DNA of 64,000 nucleotides, taken from an uncultured Candidatus Peribacteria bacterium. Its GTDB lineage: Bacteria; Patescibacteriota; Gracilibacteria; Peribacterales; Peribacteraceae. A program made the position numbers and the translations under genes. A model generated the notes under the pieces. That model was not told the DNA's origin and ran no database searches. It was given only the letters and a program-made list of their open reading frames with translations. Of the stretch, positions 18,811 to 31,322 are shown piece by piece (position 1 is the stretch's first letter; each line of letters opens with the position of its first letter). The stretch spans positions 6,620 through 70,619 of the forward strand of contig CAZCFO010000003.1 of NCBI GenBank assembly GCA_964497975.1. The letters run 5' to 3'.

Positions 18811-20118
18811 ATGCAGCCCCTCAGCCCCCTCGACGGCCGCTACGCGAAGTCCGTTGACGCGTTGCGACCGTTCTTCAGCGAAGAAGGCCTGATGCAGGCG
18901 AGAGTCGAAGTCGAAGTGCGGTACTTCATCGCGCTGTCGAAGGAGAAGGGCGTCAAAGAACTGGCGCCCGTCAACAGCAGCCAGGAACGGCTGCTGCTGG
19001 GTTTGTTCGAGAATTTCACCGATGCCTCGTACGCGGCGATCAAGAATTTCGAGAAGACGACCCGGCACGACGTGAAGGCCGTCGAGTACTTCATCAAAGA
19101 GAAGGCCGCGAAGATCCCCGGACTCAAAAAGTCACTCGAGTTCGTCCACTTCGGCCTCACGAGTGAAGACGTGAACAATCTCGCGTACGGCCTGTGCATC
19201 CACCGCGCGATGTTCCAGGTCCTGTCGCCGTCCTTCTGCGGGTTGCAGGACGCGATGACGGCGCTCGCCAAAGAGGCGCGCGGTCTCCGCATGCTCAGCC
19301 TCACGCACGGCCAGCCAGCCACGCCCACCACGCTCGACAAGGAGATCATGGTCTTCATCTCCCGGGTGCACCGCCAGTGCGATCAGCTCTCGAAATTCCG
19401 CATGCAGGGCAAGCTCGGCGGAGCCGTCGGCAACTTCTCGGCGCACAAGGTCGCGTATCCCGACGTGAATTGGGAGAAATTCCGCATCACGTTCGTCAAA
19501 AGTCTCGGCCTGATCCCGCTCGAGCACACCACGCAGATCAATCCGCATGACGACCTGGCCGAGCTCAGCCATCACCTGTTCCGCATCAACACGATCCTCA
19601 TCGGCTTCTGCCGCGACGCGTGGATGTACATCAGCCGCGGCGTGTTCCGCCAGAAGGTCGTCAAAAACGAAGTCGGCTCCTCCGCGATGCCGCACAAGGT
19701 GAACCCCATCGACTTCGAGAACGCGGAGGGCAATCTGGGCCTCAGCAACGCGCTCTTCAGCCACTTCGCGGAAAAACTGCCCATCAGCCGCCTGCAGCGC
19801 GACCTCACCGATTCCACGGTGCAGCGCAACCTGGGCGTCGCGTTCGGCTATCACCTGCTCGCCATCGAATCGCTCAGGCGCGGACTCTCCAAGCTCTCCA
19901 TTGACCGCGACCTGATCGCGTGCGAGCTTGCCGACCATCCCGAGGTGATGGCCGAGGCGATCCAGACGATGCTCCGAAAGCACGGCGTCGACGGCGCATA
20001 CGAGAAGCTCAAAGAACTCACGCGCGGCGAGGCGATCACGCAGGAATCGCTGGAAGTGTTCATCGGCAACCTGGAGATCCCCAAAGCGGAGCGCGAGCGG
20101 CTGCTGGGGATGTTCTGA
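18811..20118 (+). CDS. purB: adenylosuccinate lyase
   Basis: SPLDGRY N-terminus and the SSAMPHKVNPIDFENAEGN signature. Start at 18811 (an in-frame upstream ATG at 18769 is also possible). Confidence 0.93.
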   Translation: MQPLSPLDGRYAKSVDALRPFFSEEGLMQARVEVEVRYFIALSKEKGVKELAPVNSSQERLLLGLFENFTDASYAAIKNFEKTTRHDVKAVEYFIKEKAAKIPGLKKSLEFVHFGLTSEDVNNLAYGLCIHRAMFQVLSPSFCGLQDAMTALAKEARGLRMLSLTHGQPATPTTLDKEIMVFISRVHRQCDQLSKFRMQGKLGGAVGNFSAHKVAYPDVNWEKFRITFVKSLGLIPLEHTTQINPHDDLAELSHHLFRINTILIGFCRDAWMYISRGVFRQKVVKNEVGSSAMPHKVNPIDFENAEGNLGLSNALFSHFAEKLPISRLQRDLTDSTVQRNLGVAFGYHLLAIESLRRGLSKLSIDRDLIACELADHPEVMAEAIQTMLRKHGVDGAYEKLKELTRGEAITQESLEVFIGNLEIPKAERERLLGMF

Positions 20119-20327
20119 AGGACGCTGAAACGGGGTCGGTTATTTCTCAGAATATCTGCCAACATCCATTGTGGGCTTTTGGAGAAATCGATTTTTGTAG
20201 CCCTGTATCGGTCTATACGCGTCTTCGTCGTCAAAATAGACAAAAATGAATATTAGGTAATAATAACCATTAGCTGGTCCGGCACAGTGCCTGTACTGGC
20301 TACTCGCCCTTTCACATTGAGGTGGTC

Positions 20328-20615
20328 ATGCCTGGCCTGTTTCAGTTCATCGGGTTTTTAATTTTTGGTTCGAACGCCGCGTTTGCGTTCGTTTTCATTT
20401 TGGCGGGGGAGGGAAACCTCCTCCACGTTATTTTGGCCCCCGTCCTGGGGGTCTGGGCCATCCGCTGTTTTGCAGCCTACCGGCGGGCCTGGAAAAGGGC
20501 CCACCAGTGGGTGGGCCCGGAAAATATGCGGAGCGAGTACGCTCGCCGGCTGACTTGGAGTCAGCCGGGATTTCGGTTCCACCACCATCTCCTGTGGTAT
20601 TATCTCAGGAGATGA
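20328..20615 (+). CDS. small 2-TM membrane protein, hypothetical
   Basis: GAGG 5 nt upstream of ATG 20328. MPGLFQFIGFLIFGSNAAFAFVFILAG...VLGVWAIRCFAAY, followed by a basic tail. Confidence 0.45.
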   Translation: MPGLFQFIGFLIFGSNAAFAFVFILAGEGNLLHVILAPVLGVWAIRCFAAYRRAWKRAHQWVGPENMRSEYARRLTWSQPGFRFHHHLLWYYLRR

Positions 20616-20743
20616 AAGGGCTTTCCCCTGTTTCCGGCCTCGTGCCGGGAACAGGGGATCTGTTTTTTTCTCCACAAGCAAAAACCAAAAGCATGCCGGG
20701 CATGCCGCAGCGGCGCTTCTGTTTCCGGGTATACTTCTCCGCA

Positions 20744-21340
20744 ATGCTCGCCTCCTCCGCGGACGTTTTCCTCTGGCTGCAACAGTACGGCTATTTCGCG
20801 ATCTTTCCATTGATGATCATCGAGGGGCCCATCGTCACCATCATCGCTTCGTTCCTCGCGTCTCTGGGAACGTTCAGCGTCCCTTGGGTGTACGCGTTGG
20901 CCGTGGCCGGCGACATCACCGGCGACATCATCTATTACGTGATCGGCCGGTGGGGAGGCAAGCCGCTCATCGAGCGGTGGGGCAGGTGGGTGGGCCTGAC
21001 GAAGGAGCGGATGACCGCCGCGGAGCAGTACTTCAACCGGCACAGCGGCAAGGCGCTGGTGATCGGCAAGCTCACGCACGGCGTGGGCATGTGGGTGCTG
21101 ATGGGCGCGGGTGCGGCGCGCACGCCGTTCTGGCCGTTTGTCTGGTTTAACATGATCGGAACGATCCCCAAGGCGTTGTTGTTCGTGGTCATCGGCTACT
21201 TCTTCGGGCAGGCGTACGCCAGCATCGGCGGCTACATCAACGATGTGTCGATTGTCCTGGGCCTGATCGTCCTCGTAGTCGGGGGAGGATACGTCCTCCA
21301 CCGTCGGCTCAAGAAACCCTCCGCTTCGGATCTCCGATGA
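20744..21340 (+). CDS. DedA (SNARE-associated/VTT) family membrane protein
   Basis: LQQYGYFAIFPLMIIEGPIVTIIASFLAS and GRWGGKPLIERWG motifs. Start at MLASS (20744). Confidence 0.8.
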   Translation: MLASSADVFLWLQQYGYFAIFPLMIIEGPIVTIIASFLASLGTFSVPWVYALAVAGDITGDIIYYVIGRWGGKPLIERWGRWVGLTKERMTAAEQYFNRHSGKALVIGKLTHGVGMWVLMGAGAARTPFWPFVWFNMIGTIPKALLFVVIGYFFGQAYASIGGYINDVSIVLGLIVLVVGGGYVLHRRLKKPSASDLR

Positions 21341-22512
21341 GAATCGCCCTCTTCTCCGACAACTTCTATCCCGAGATCGGGGGCATCCAGGATTCCGTCC
21401 TGACGCTGGGACGGGCACTCGCGGCGCGGGGACATTCCATTGCGTTCTGCGTCCCGAGTTTTTCGGAGCGCGACTGCCGCCTCGCGGGAGTTCCTTTCCG
21501 CGAACTGGATCTTCCCGGCAACATCTCGGTCCTGCGATTCGCGTCGATTCATGTTCCCAGTTCCACGCAGCAGTCGCGGCTGGTGATCCCCACGTGGCGG
21601 CGATGGAAGGCGCTCAAGGACTTCCGGCCCGAGATCATCCATGCGCATACCTTCCTCGGCCTCGGTCTTGAGGCGATCACCGCGTCGCGCCGTTTCTCCG
21701 CCCCCCTCATCGGGACGAACCACACGACGGAGATATTGTTTTCGCGGTTCAGCTCCGTCCCATCCGGTTTTCTCGCGCGCGTCGCAGGCCGGTTGATGGT
21801 CTGGTACTACAACCGGTGTCTGCGGGTGACGGCTCCATCGCAATCCCTCATCGATGAGATGCGCAAAAACGGGCTGCGCGTCGCTGCCGTCTCCATATCC
21901 AATCCCATCGATACAGATGCCTTTTCGCCCGTGCCGGACGAACGCCGGCGGGAACTCCGGAAAACGTTCGGATTCACCGCTCCGGTGGTCATGTACGCGG
22001 GACGGCTCGCGCTCGAAAAAAGCATCGACGTCGTGATGCGCGCCGTGGCATCCGTTCCGGACGTCACGCTCGCGCTCGCGGGACACGGGAATTTCCGCCC
22101 GGAACTGGAACGTCTTTCCCGCGATCTGGGCATCGCGGACCGGGTCCGCTTTCTGGGCACGCTCGACAAACCGGCGTTGGCCGATCTCTTCCGCGCATCG
22201 GATGTCTTCGCGATGGCGAGCACCACCGAGACCCAGAGCATGGTCACGCTGCAGGCGATGGCGTGCGGCGTTCCCGCGGTCGGCGTGCATGCCGAAGCGC
22301 TGCCGGAGTACATCGAGAACGGCGTGACGGGTCAGATCGTTCCCCGCGGGGATCACGCGGCGATGGGGGAGGCGATTCGGCGGCTGCTCTCGTCTCCGGA
22401 GCTGCGGCACCGGCAGGGCCAGGAAGCCGCGCGGCAGGTGCGTGAACACTACGGCATCGAGGCGATCGTGAAGAAGTTTGAGGAGGTGTATGAGTGTCAT
22501 GGTGAGGTGTGA
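21337..22512 (+). CDS. family 4 (GT-B) glycosyltransferase
   Basis: MRIALFSDNFYPEIGGIQ at the N-terminus and ETQSMVTLQAMACGVPAV (E-x7-E region). ATGA overlap with the DedA stop. Confidence 0.88.
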   Translation: MRIALFSDNFYPEIGGIQDSVLTLGRALAARGHSIAFCVPSFSERDCRLAGVPFRELDLPGNISVLRFASIHVPSSTQQSRLVIPTWRRWKALKDFRPEIIHAHTFLGLGLEAITASRRFSAPLIGTNHTTEILFSRFSSVPSGFLARVAGRLMVWYYNRCLRVTAPSQSLIDEMRKNGLRVAAVSISNPIDTDAFSPVPDERRRELRKTFGFTAPVVMYAGRLALEKSIDVVMRAVASVPDVTLALAGHGNFRPELERLSRDLGIADRVRFLGTLDKPALADLFRASDVFAMASTTETQSMVTLQAMACGVPAVGVHAEALPEYIENGVTGQIVPRGDHAAMGEAIRRLLSSPELRHRQGQEAARQVREHYGIEAIVKKFEEVYECHGEV

Positions 22513-22542
22513 GGCCCGTAGGGCCGAGCCTCGAACCATGAC
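22496..22542. repeat. GTCATGG...CCATGAC palindromic element (expanded copy)
   Basis: GTCATGGTGAG[gtgtgaggcccgtagggccgag]CCTCGAACCATGAC. It contains the GT4 stop codon (22510-22512). Confidence 0.6.
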
Positions 22543-22555
22543 ACGCTCAGTATGC

Positions 22556-23269
22556 TCACCGCACATCCACGTACTTCTTCGTCACCGTCTTCCCGATCAC
22601 CGCCTGCGAGAGAAAATTGGCAGCGTACACGGCGCCGGTGCGGAGAATTCCCCGTTCGCGCAGCCGCCGTCCCGACGTGAGAATCACGAATTCCTTCAGG
22701 AACTTCACCGGGCCGATGGCATGCAGCCGCCGGGCGATGTTGGCGTCCTCGCCGTAGAAGGGGATCTGCGTGTCGAAGCCCCCGATGCGCAGGAGGGCGT
22801 CGCGCTTCGCGACGAAATTTCCTCCCACCACCATGTACTTGGTCATGCGGTACGTCGACATCGCGAGCATGTTCCAATACAGCCCCACGGCGGATTTCTG
22901 CCATCCGGGGATATCGAAGTACTCGTACGGGCCGCTCAGGCAGACCATCACCGGATCCTTTTCGAACTCCCGGTTGACCGTCGGAAACCAGCCAGCGGGC
23001 ACGCGCGTGTCGGCGTCGATGCTTGCGAACAGGTCGCCGCGCGCCTCCGTGAGGCCCCGCTGCCGCGCGCAGGTCAGCCCTTTCTTCGGCTCATGGACGA
23101 CGCGCACCTTCGGGAACTGTTTCGCCACTTCCGCGGTTCCGTCGGTGCTCGCGTTGTCCACCACGATGATCTCCAGCAGGTTTTCCGGCGCATGCTCGAT
23201 GCAGCTGCGGAGGCAGTCGCCGAGATATTTTTCCTCGTTGTACGCGGGGATGACGACGCTGATGGTCAT
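22556..23269 (-). CDS. family 2 glycosyltransferase
   Basis: MTISVVIPAYNEEKYLGDCL, VVDNASTDGT, DADTRVP motifs. Start at 23269, not the extended ORF. Confidence 0.88.
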   Translation of the reverse strand: MTISVVIPAYNEEKYLGDCLRSCIEHAPENLLEIIVVDNASTDGTAEVAKQFPKVRVVHEPKKGLTCARQRGLTEARGDLFASIDADTRVPAGWFPTVNREFEKDPVMVCLSGPYEYFDIPGWQKSAVGLYWNMLAMSTYRMTKYMVVGGNFVAKRDALLRIGGFDTQIPFYGEDANIARRLHAIGPVKFLKEFVILTSGRRLRERGILRTGAVYAANFLSQAVIGKTVTKKYVDVR

Positions 23270-23490
23270 GGGGCGGAGAGGGGGCGATGCGGGGATTCCG
23301 CAACCGCGGCTCCATTCTGCCACGTGGACGCCAGACGGTATATGGTCGGAACGATGAACGGCACGGCGAACACGTCGATGGAATAGTGCGTGTGGGCCAG
23401 CAGCACCCCCATCGCGATGCCTTCCCCGTACGCGCGGGTGCGCCAGACGCCGGTGGAGGGGAAAACGATATCCATAGGAAGAACGCTCAA
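23266..23490 (-). pseudogene. PAP2_C-like C-terminal fragment (possible truncated gene)
   Basis: 74-aa ORF with LLAHTHYSIDVFAVPFIV (H-Y-x-x-D-V motif of PAP2/sphingomyelin-synthase-like proteins). It lacks the upstream TM and catalytic segments. 4-bp overlap with the GT2 start. The tRNA lies about 95 nt upstream. Confidence 0.35.
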
Positions 23491-23583
23491 CGGCCCGCGT
23501 TACGGGCACATCAAGAAGACGGGAATCCTCATCGGACCTGACAGACAAAGGGGCTGACGTCCGTGTTTGCGTATCGTTGATTC

Positions 23584-23669
23584 TGGTGCCCAGGAGAGGA
23601 CTCGAACCTCCACGGCCTTGCGGCCACCAGCCCCTCAAGCTGGCGCGTCTGCCATTTCGCCACCTGGGC
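23584..23669 (-). tRNA. tRNA-Leu (anticodon GAG), CCA encoded
   Basis: Folded by hand. 7-bp acceptor stem GCCCAGG/CCTGGGC, 3-bp D stem with a GG loop, anticodon stem CCAGC/GCTGG with loop TTGAGGG, long variable arm GGCC-GCAA-GGCC, T-loop TTCGAGT, discriminator A plus CCA. Confidence 0.95.
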
Positions 23670-23867
23670 AGGTGAACGACGCTCAAGTCTAGCAAGCGCT
23701 AGCGGAAGCGCAATATCGAGTTCCGAGGCCTTTTTGACCCGCAAAGGTCTTCCGGTGATTACGGGTTCCGAATTATCGCTTCACGGACAGCCGCCCATCG
23801 CATGCCGTGCGATTTTTTGCAGGCCGTTTGCGCAAAGAGTACCATCCGGAACCTCTATTTTTTCTCC

Positions 23868-24632
23868 ATGAGCCCGAAAAGCCCTGATTATCTCGCCGAA
23901 AAAGCGTCCGTACGTCTCTTTGACAGCATGGCGATCCGGCCTTCGGAATTCATCCCGCAGTTGGAAGAATGGGAGGAGTTGAATGCGGATACAAAAAGAA
24001 TAGCCGCGGCCTCCCTGGGAATGCATTTCGCCGATGACCGGTTGACGGACGCGTCCGGGGCGCCGACCCGGCGGGCAGACAATGAGGAGCTGGCACGTGT
24101 CGTGAAGGAAGAGCTCCATGAATGGCAGCAGACAGGTGTCCTGTCCGAGGATCGAAAAAGACTGTTCTATTCCATCTTCCGCTCTCTTGCTCCCAAGACA
24201 GAGCTTGCTCCGGACTGCGGAGCAGACGAGCTGCTCGAGAGTCTGCAACAACTCCTCAAAGGACGGGAATTGCCCCCGATCCACGTGATGCTGGAAAAAA
24301 GCGATCAGGAATACAGCGCGCTGATGCGGGTCCTGAGGGGCAGTGCGTTCGAGACCATCATCAGCGGCACGCTCAAAAAAATCGGGAGGATACTCGGTCA
24401 AGACGCAGAATTCATGGAGCGGTGCCGCCGGGAAAGCCATTGCATTCAGGACGGCAGCTCTGCGACGGCGGTTCTTGATCTCTTCGCGGAGAAGCTGGTG
24501 ACGTTCGCCTTACGGCGTTCGCCGCTTCTGCGGATGACCCGCTGCAGAAAAGGCGTTGAGGAACGGGTACATGTCCACCTGACGCGGATGTTCAAAACGA
24601 GAATCGAAGAGACATTCGGCAAAAAAGCCTGA
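23868..24632 (+). CDS. hypothetical protein
   Basis: ORF with GC3-rich codons. Start chosen at MSPKSPDY. No family recognised. Confidence 0.55.
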   Translation: MSPKSPDYLAEKASVRLFDSMAIRPSEFIPQLEEWEELNADTKRIAAASLGMHFADDRLTDASGAPTRRADNEELARVVKEELHEWQQTGVLSEDRKRLFYSIFRSLAPKTELAPDCGADELLESLQQLLKGRELPPIHVMLEKSDQEYSALMRVLRGSAFETIISGTLKKIGRILGQDAEFMERCRRESHCIQDGSSATAVLDLFAEKLVTFALRRSPLLRMTRCRKGVEERVHVHLTRMFKTRIEETFGKKA

Positions 24633-25013
24633 TCAGGCCTTCTTCAGCAGATCCCGGATCTCGGTAAGCAGACGGACCTCCTCGGGCGGCGGCGGAGGGG
24701 CCGGGGGCTTGGCCTCCTCCGGCTTCTTCTTTTTGAAGCGCTGCAGCTGCTGGATCATCAGGAAGATGCAGAACGCGACGATCAGGAAATCCACGATCGT
24801 CTGGATGAACGCGCCGTAGGCGATTTTCGAGTCGCCGACCTGCAGGGCGAGCGTCGAAAAGTCGACCTTGCCCATCAGCAGTCCCACCGCGGGCATGATG
24901 ATGTCGTTGACGAGCGACGTGACGATTTTGCCGAACGCGCCGCCGATGATCACGCCGACGGCGAGATCGATCACGTTGCCGCGCATCGCGAATTCCTTGA
25001 ATTCCTTGAGCAT
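24633..25013 (-). CDS. mscL: large-conductance mechanosensitive channel
   Basis: [32 protein letters not shown]-terminus is canonical MscL. Start at 25013. Confidence 0.92.
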   Translation of the reverse strand: MLKEFKEFAMRGNVIDLAVGVIIGGAFGKIVTSLVNDIIMPAVGLLMGKVDFSTLALQVGDSKIAYGAFIQTIVDFLIVAFCIFLMIQQLQRFKKKKPEEAKPPAPPPPPEEVRLLTEIRDLLKKA

Positions 25014-25123
25014 AGGGGAGGGGGAATGCAATAAGCATAATCGGGCGCGTCGAAATTTCCAGCAGGTTGCGGAGAATCGGGGCTCGGGTTCGGGCCCGGA
25101 GAGGAGCGTGGCATACTGACGAC

Positions 25124-26401
25124 ATGCAGAGCCCCCGCCTGCCGGCTGTTCTGGTGCGCCATCCCTGGATCACGGCGGCAGCGCTCGGTCTCGGGCTCAC
25201 GCTGTTCCAGATTTTCCTCGCGCTGCTCGTGCAGGCGGATTTTTCGCCGCACGGGTACCGCGGGCTCTTCCGGTGGGACAGCCTCCATTACGGGCGGATC
25301 GTCGAGAAGGGATACTTCAACAATCTGCCGCCGCTCATCGGCGACACGGATCCCAGCCGCGCGAGTTACCAGCGCAACACCAACGTCGCGTTCTTCCCCG
25401 GATACATCATCGCGGGACGCGCCGTCCGCGCCGTCACCGGATTCTCCATCCCATTCTCTCTCCTTCTCGCGGCCGCCATCGCCGCGTGGGGGTTCTGGAC
25501 GGAGCTCCTGCTCCTGCTGCGGCACTGGAACCTGTCCGTGTGGTCGCGCTTTGCGGTGACGGCGGCGGTCCTCGCGCATCCCACGGCCTTCTATCTGGTC
25601 GCGGCGTACTCGGAATCGCTCTTTCTGCTCGGGATCGTCGGATTTTTCTTTTGGGCGCAGCGGGGCGTTGCGTGCAACGCCCCTACAAAATTCGTGCCAT
25701 CGGGACTCCTGTGCGCGGCCGCGGCGATCGGGCACGGCATCGTCATGACGGCGACGCGCATCTTTGGGCTGCCGCTCTGCCTGTACCCGGTCATCGTTGC
25801 GGCTCTGCGACGCGGAAAAACCCCCGATCTCGTCCGTGCGGGAGTCATCGCGACCGGCGCAAGCCTGGGCGCGCTGCTCTTCTTCCTCTATTCCTCCGTC
25901 GCGCTCGGCAAGTGGAACCTGTACATGCTGACGCAGGTGAAGCAGTGGGGCCTCGTTCCCGATTACCTGTTCTTCCTGCACGCGCCGCTCAATCTCTGGC
26001 TGCCCGTCCCGCCGCCCGCGCTCTTCGTGAACAACGCCATCGGGCCGGTGGCGACATCGCTCACGCTCTGGCTGCTGCTCGCTGCATCGGCGGCGGAATT
26101 TTTCTCGGGCAAGCACACCGGCACCCGTCCCCAGCGCATCGCGCTCCTCGCCTGCGCGTTCATGAGTCTCTACGTCAGCCTGATTGCGCTGGCGAACGCC
26201 GGGATGCGCAGCATGGTCCGGTACGCGTTCATTCCCTACGTCTTCATCGTTCTGCAGCTGGCGCTGCTCGCCCGCGAACATGCGTGGACGCGCGGACGCC
26301 GCGTCATCGCGACCGGCGTGATCGGCGCGGCGCTCGTCCTCCTCTTCGTCACGCAGGTGATTCTCCTGGACATCTTCACCTCCGGCGGGTGGGTGGCATA
26401 A
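25124..26401 (+). CDS. PIG-V/GT76-like membrane mannosyltransferase family protein
   Basis: [16 protein letters not shown]...VAFFPGY matches the Mannosyl_trans2 signature (WD..HY..IA..GY...aFFP). Multi-TM. Confidence 0.75.
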   Translation: MQSPRLPAVLVRHPWITAAALGLGLTLFQIFLALLVQADFSPHGYRGLFRWDSLHYGRIVEKGYFNNLPPLIGDTDPSRASYQRNTNVAFFPGYIIAGRAVRAVTGFSIPFSLLLAAAIAAWGFWTELLLLLRHWNLSVWSRFAVTAAVLAHPTAFYLVAAYSESLFLLGIVGFFFWAQRGVACNAPTKFVPSGLLCAAAAIGHGIVMTATRIFGLPLCLYPVIVAALRRGKTPDLVRAGVIATGASLGALLFFLYSSVALGKWNLYMLTQVKQWGLVPDYLFFLHAPLNLWLPVPPPALFVNNAIGPVATSLTLWLLLAASAAEFFSGKHTGTRPQRIALLACAFMSLYVSLIALANAGMRSMVRYAFIPYVFIVLQLALLAREHAWTRGRRVIATGVIGAALVLLFVTQVILLDIFTSGGWVA

Positions 26402-26477
26402 CGTACAGCGGGCGCAGCGTGCTGCGCCCCTACCGGACATGCGCGCGAATGTCTGGACCCGAAAATCAAATCCCGTC

Positions 26478-27440
26478 ATGATGAACGGTGATTTCCCCCG
26501 ATCACTCATGACCACGTTCCCCGATCTCCTCAAAAAGTCCGCCGCCGACTGCAACCGCGCGGGCAAGCCGCTCGGCATGGCCGTGTTGCTCGCCGGATGC
26601 GTGACCATCGCGATCACGCTGGTGCTCTGGGGCACGGCCCTGCGCAGCGGCATCCGGGAACTCTCGACGATCATCGGCCCCGATGCCGCATCCCGCATCC
26701 AGGAACAGGTGATGTATTCCGGCTCGCGCTCCGAGATGCAGACGCTGATGTCGGAGGTGAGCAAAGAGCTCGATGCAAAATTCAAAGATATGACGCCGGA
26801 GCGCAAGGCGGAGATGATCGGACTCTCCTTCGGCCGATTCATGACCGACGTGGCTCCGCTGTTCATCGGCTTCATCGTGTTTTCCGCCATCCTCGGCGTG
26901 TGGATGCGCGGCTTTTTCCTTCTTCTCGCCATCCGCAAGACCGGTGACTTCAAAGCGCTCGCGGGCGAGGCGCTCACATGGATGCTGCCCCTGCTGGGCC
27001 TGGGCCTGCTCCTCGGCGCGGCCTTCGGGGCCATCGCGCTTGTTCCGTTCGTGCTCGGTGGTCTGCTGGACAATTCGTACGTCATGGGCATCGGCGGATT
27101 TCTGGGAGTCGGTTTCGTCCTCTATCTCGTTCCGCGCGTGGCCTTCGCGCCGGTATTCCTGATCCAGGACAAAACCGGCATCCGCGGCGGCATCCGCAAG
27201 AGCCTCCTCCTCTCCGAAGGAAAGTGGTTCAAGATCGTCGGCAACCTGCTCGGTGCGGGCGCGATGGTCTGGATCGCGGTGTTCGTCTGCCAGTTCTTCA
27301 TCAACGTGCTCAGCAGCATCGCCGGTCCGGTTCCCGCGTTCGGGCTCATCATCGGGCAGGTGATGGTCTTCATCACGCTCATCGGAAAGGCCTACTCGAC
27401 GGTGTTCCTCGTGCGGTTGAAGGAGGGATTGAAGGCGTGA
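26478..27440 (+). CDS. multi-pass membrane protein, hypothetical
   Basis: About 6 TM segments. The start is ambiguous (26439, 26478 or 26508, all in frame). Confidence 0.6.
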   Translation: MMNGDFPRSLMTTFPDLLKKSAADCNRAGKPLGMAVLLAGCVTIAITLVLWGTALRSGIRELSTIIGPDAASRIQEQVMYSGSRSEMQTLMSEVSKELDAKFKDMTPERKAEMIGLSFGRFMTDVAPLFIGFIVFSAILGVWMRGFFLLLAIRKTGDFKALAGEALTWMLPLLGLGLLLGAAFGAIALVPFVLGGLLDNSYVMGIGGFLGVGFVLYLVPRVAFAPVFLIQDKTGIRGGIRKSLLLSEGKWFKIVGNLLGAGAMVWIAVFVCQFFINVLSSIAGPVPAFGLIIGQVMVFITLIGKAYSTVFLVRLKEGLKA

Positions 27441-27441
27441 T

Positions 27442-27468
27442 GTCATGGTGAGCCTGTCGAACCATGAC
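27442..27468. repeat. palindromic element GTCATGG-TGAGCCTGTCGAA-CCATGAC
   Basis: 7-bp perfect stem. Same loop as the GTCATCC/GGATGAC copies, but with the stem dinucleotide swapped in a compensatory way. Confidence 0.7.
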
Positions 27469-27476
27469 ATCTGAGT

Positions 27477-30190
<2,714 letters not shown>

Positions 30191-30194
<4 letters not shown>

Positions 30195-31135
30195 TGAAAA
30201 CACTGTTCCATGACCGGCGATTCTTCCCGCCCGCGCCCCGCGGCGCGACTCCCTGGCAGACCTTCGCGGGCGCATGGAATCACTTCTGGTTCCGGCAGGG
30301 TCCGCCGCATCTCCTTGCGGTCTTCCGCATCGTCTTCGGCGTGTGGCTCCTCTTCTATTTCGGCCTCCAGCTGCCGAGTATTGTCATGCTCTACTCGCGT
30401 GAGGGCATCCATCTCCCGCTCTTCACACCCTCCACCGCCCTCACGCTCGTCTTCACGCCTCCTCCCCCGTGGGTGGCGTGGACGATCTTCCTCACCTTCT
30501 ATGCCGCCATCGCGCTGTTCACCGTCGGGGCGCTCACGCGCGTGATGGGCTGGGTCGTCGTGATCCTCTACGCGTACTATTGGATCCTCTCACTCTGGCA
30601 GTTCGGCACCTCGTTCGACCGGCTCTTCCTCTTCATCATGCTCATTCTCGCGCCGAGCGGATGCAACAAGACGTTCTCGGTCGACATGCGCGTCAAACAC
30701 GGCTCGTGGCTCGCGTGGGAGCCCATCAGCATCGTGGCGCAGCGCATCCTCGCCGTGCAGGTGATGATGACGTATCTGGGGGTCGGTTGGCAGAAGCTGT
30801 ATCTGCCCGCGTGGCAGACGGGCAAAGTCCTCTCCGTCGGGTTTATGGGCCGGTGGGCGACGCCGCCGGCGTGGTGGATCGCGCGGCTCAATCTTCCTCT
30901 TCCGTTCTACGACGTGATGACGTGGGCGATCAAAGTGTTTGAGTGCACGATTCCGTTCGGGCTCTGGAGCAGGAAGTTCCGCTGGTGGTTCTTCGCCGGG
31001 GGAGCGGCGTTCCACATCGGGATCTCCATACTGCTGAATATTTGGTGGTTTCTCCCCTTAATTCCTGCGTACATCCTGTTTTTTGAGCCGGAGGAGGTGC
31101 AAATGGCGCTCAAGCGCTGGATGAAGTTCGCGTAA
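30191..31135 (+). CDS. HTTM (vitamin-K-dependent-carboxylase-like) domain membrane protein
   Basis: WNHFWFRQGPPHLLAVFRIVFGVWLLFYF is the characteristic HTTM N-terminal motif. Multi-TM. 314 aa. Confidence 0.75.
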
Positions 31136-31141
31136 TCCGCA

Positions 31142-31173
31142 CCGTTCCACGGGCTCATGGAACGTTTATTTTT
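31142..31173 (+). terminator. hairpin CGTTCCA-CGGGCTCA-TGGAACG followed by TTTATTTTT
   Basis: Direct reading. The same hairpin occurs at 912-933. Confidence 0.65.
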
Positions 31174-31322
31174 GGCCTTAAATAGCCAAAATTCATAGAT
31201 CACGGTGATCACCCTCCTTCACTCGTTCTTGTGTTTGCAGTTGCCGCTTCCCCTCAATTTGACTCCTCTACCTTAATGTAGTCTTTACTTACTTCGCCCA
31301 CCCCGGTAGCGTACGGATTTGT

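Noticed and set aside
20119-20321. A 200-nt spacer after purB and a 318-nt spacer at 54369-54686 as possible small RNA genes.
   Set aside because: I could not find convincing conserved helices, terminators or matches to RNA families I know (tmRNA, RNase P, SRP, 6S). Only weak local palindromes are present.
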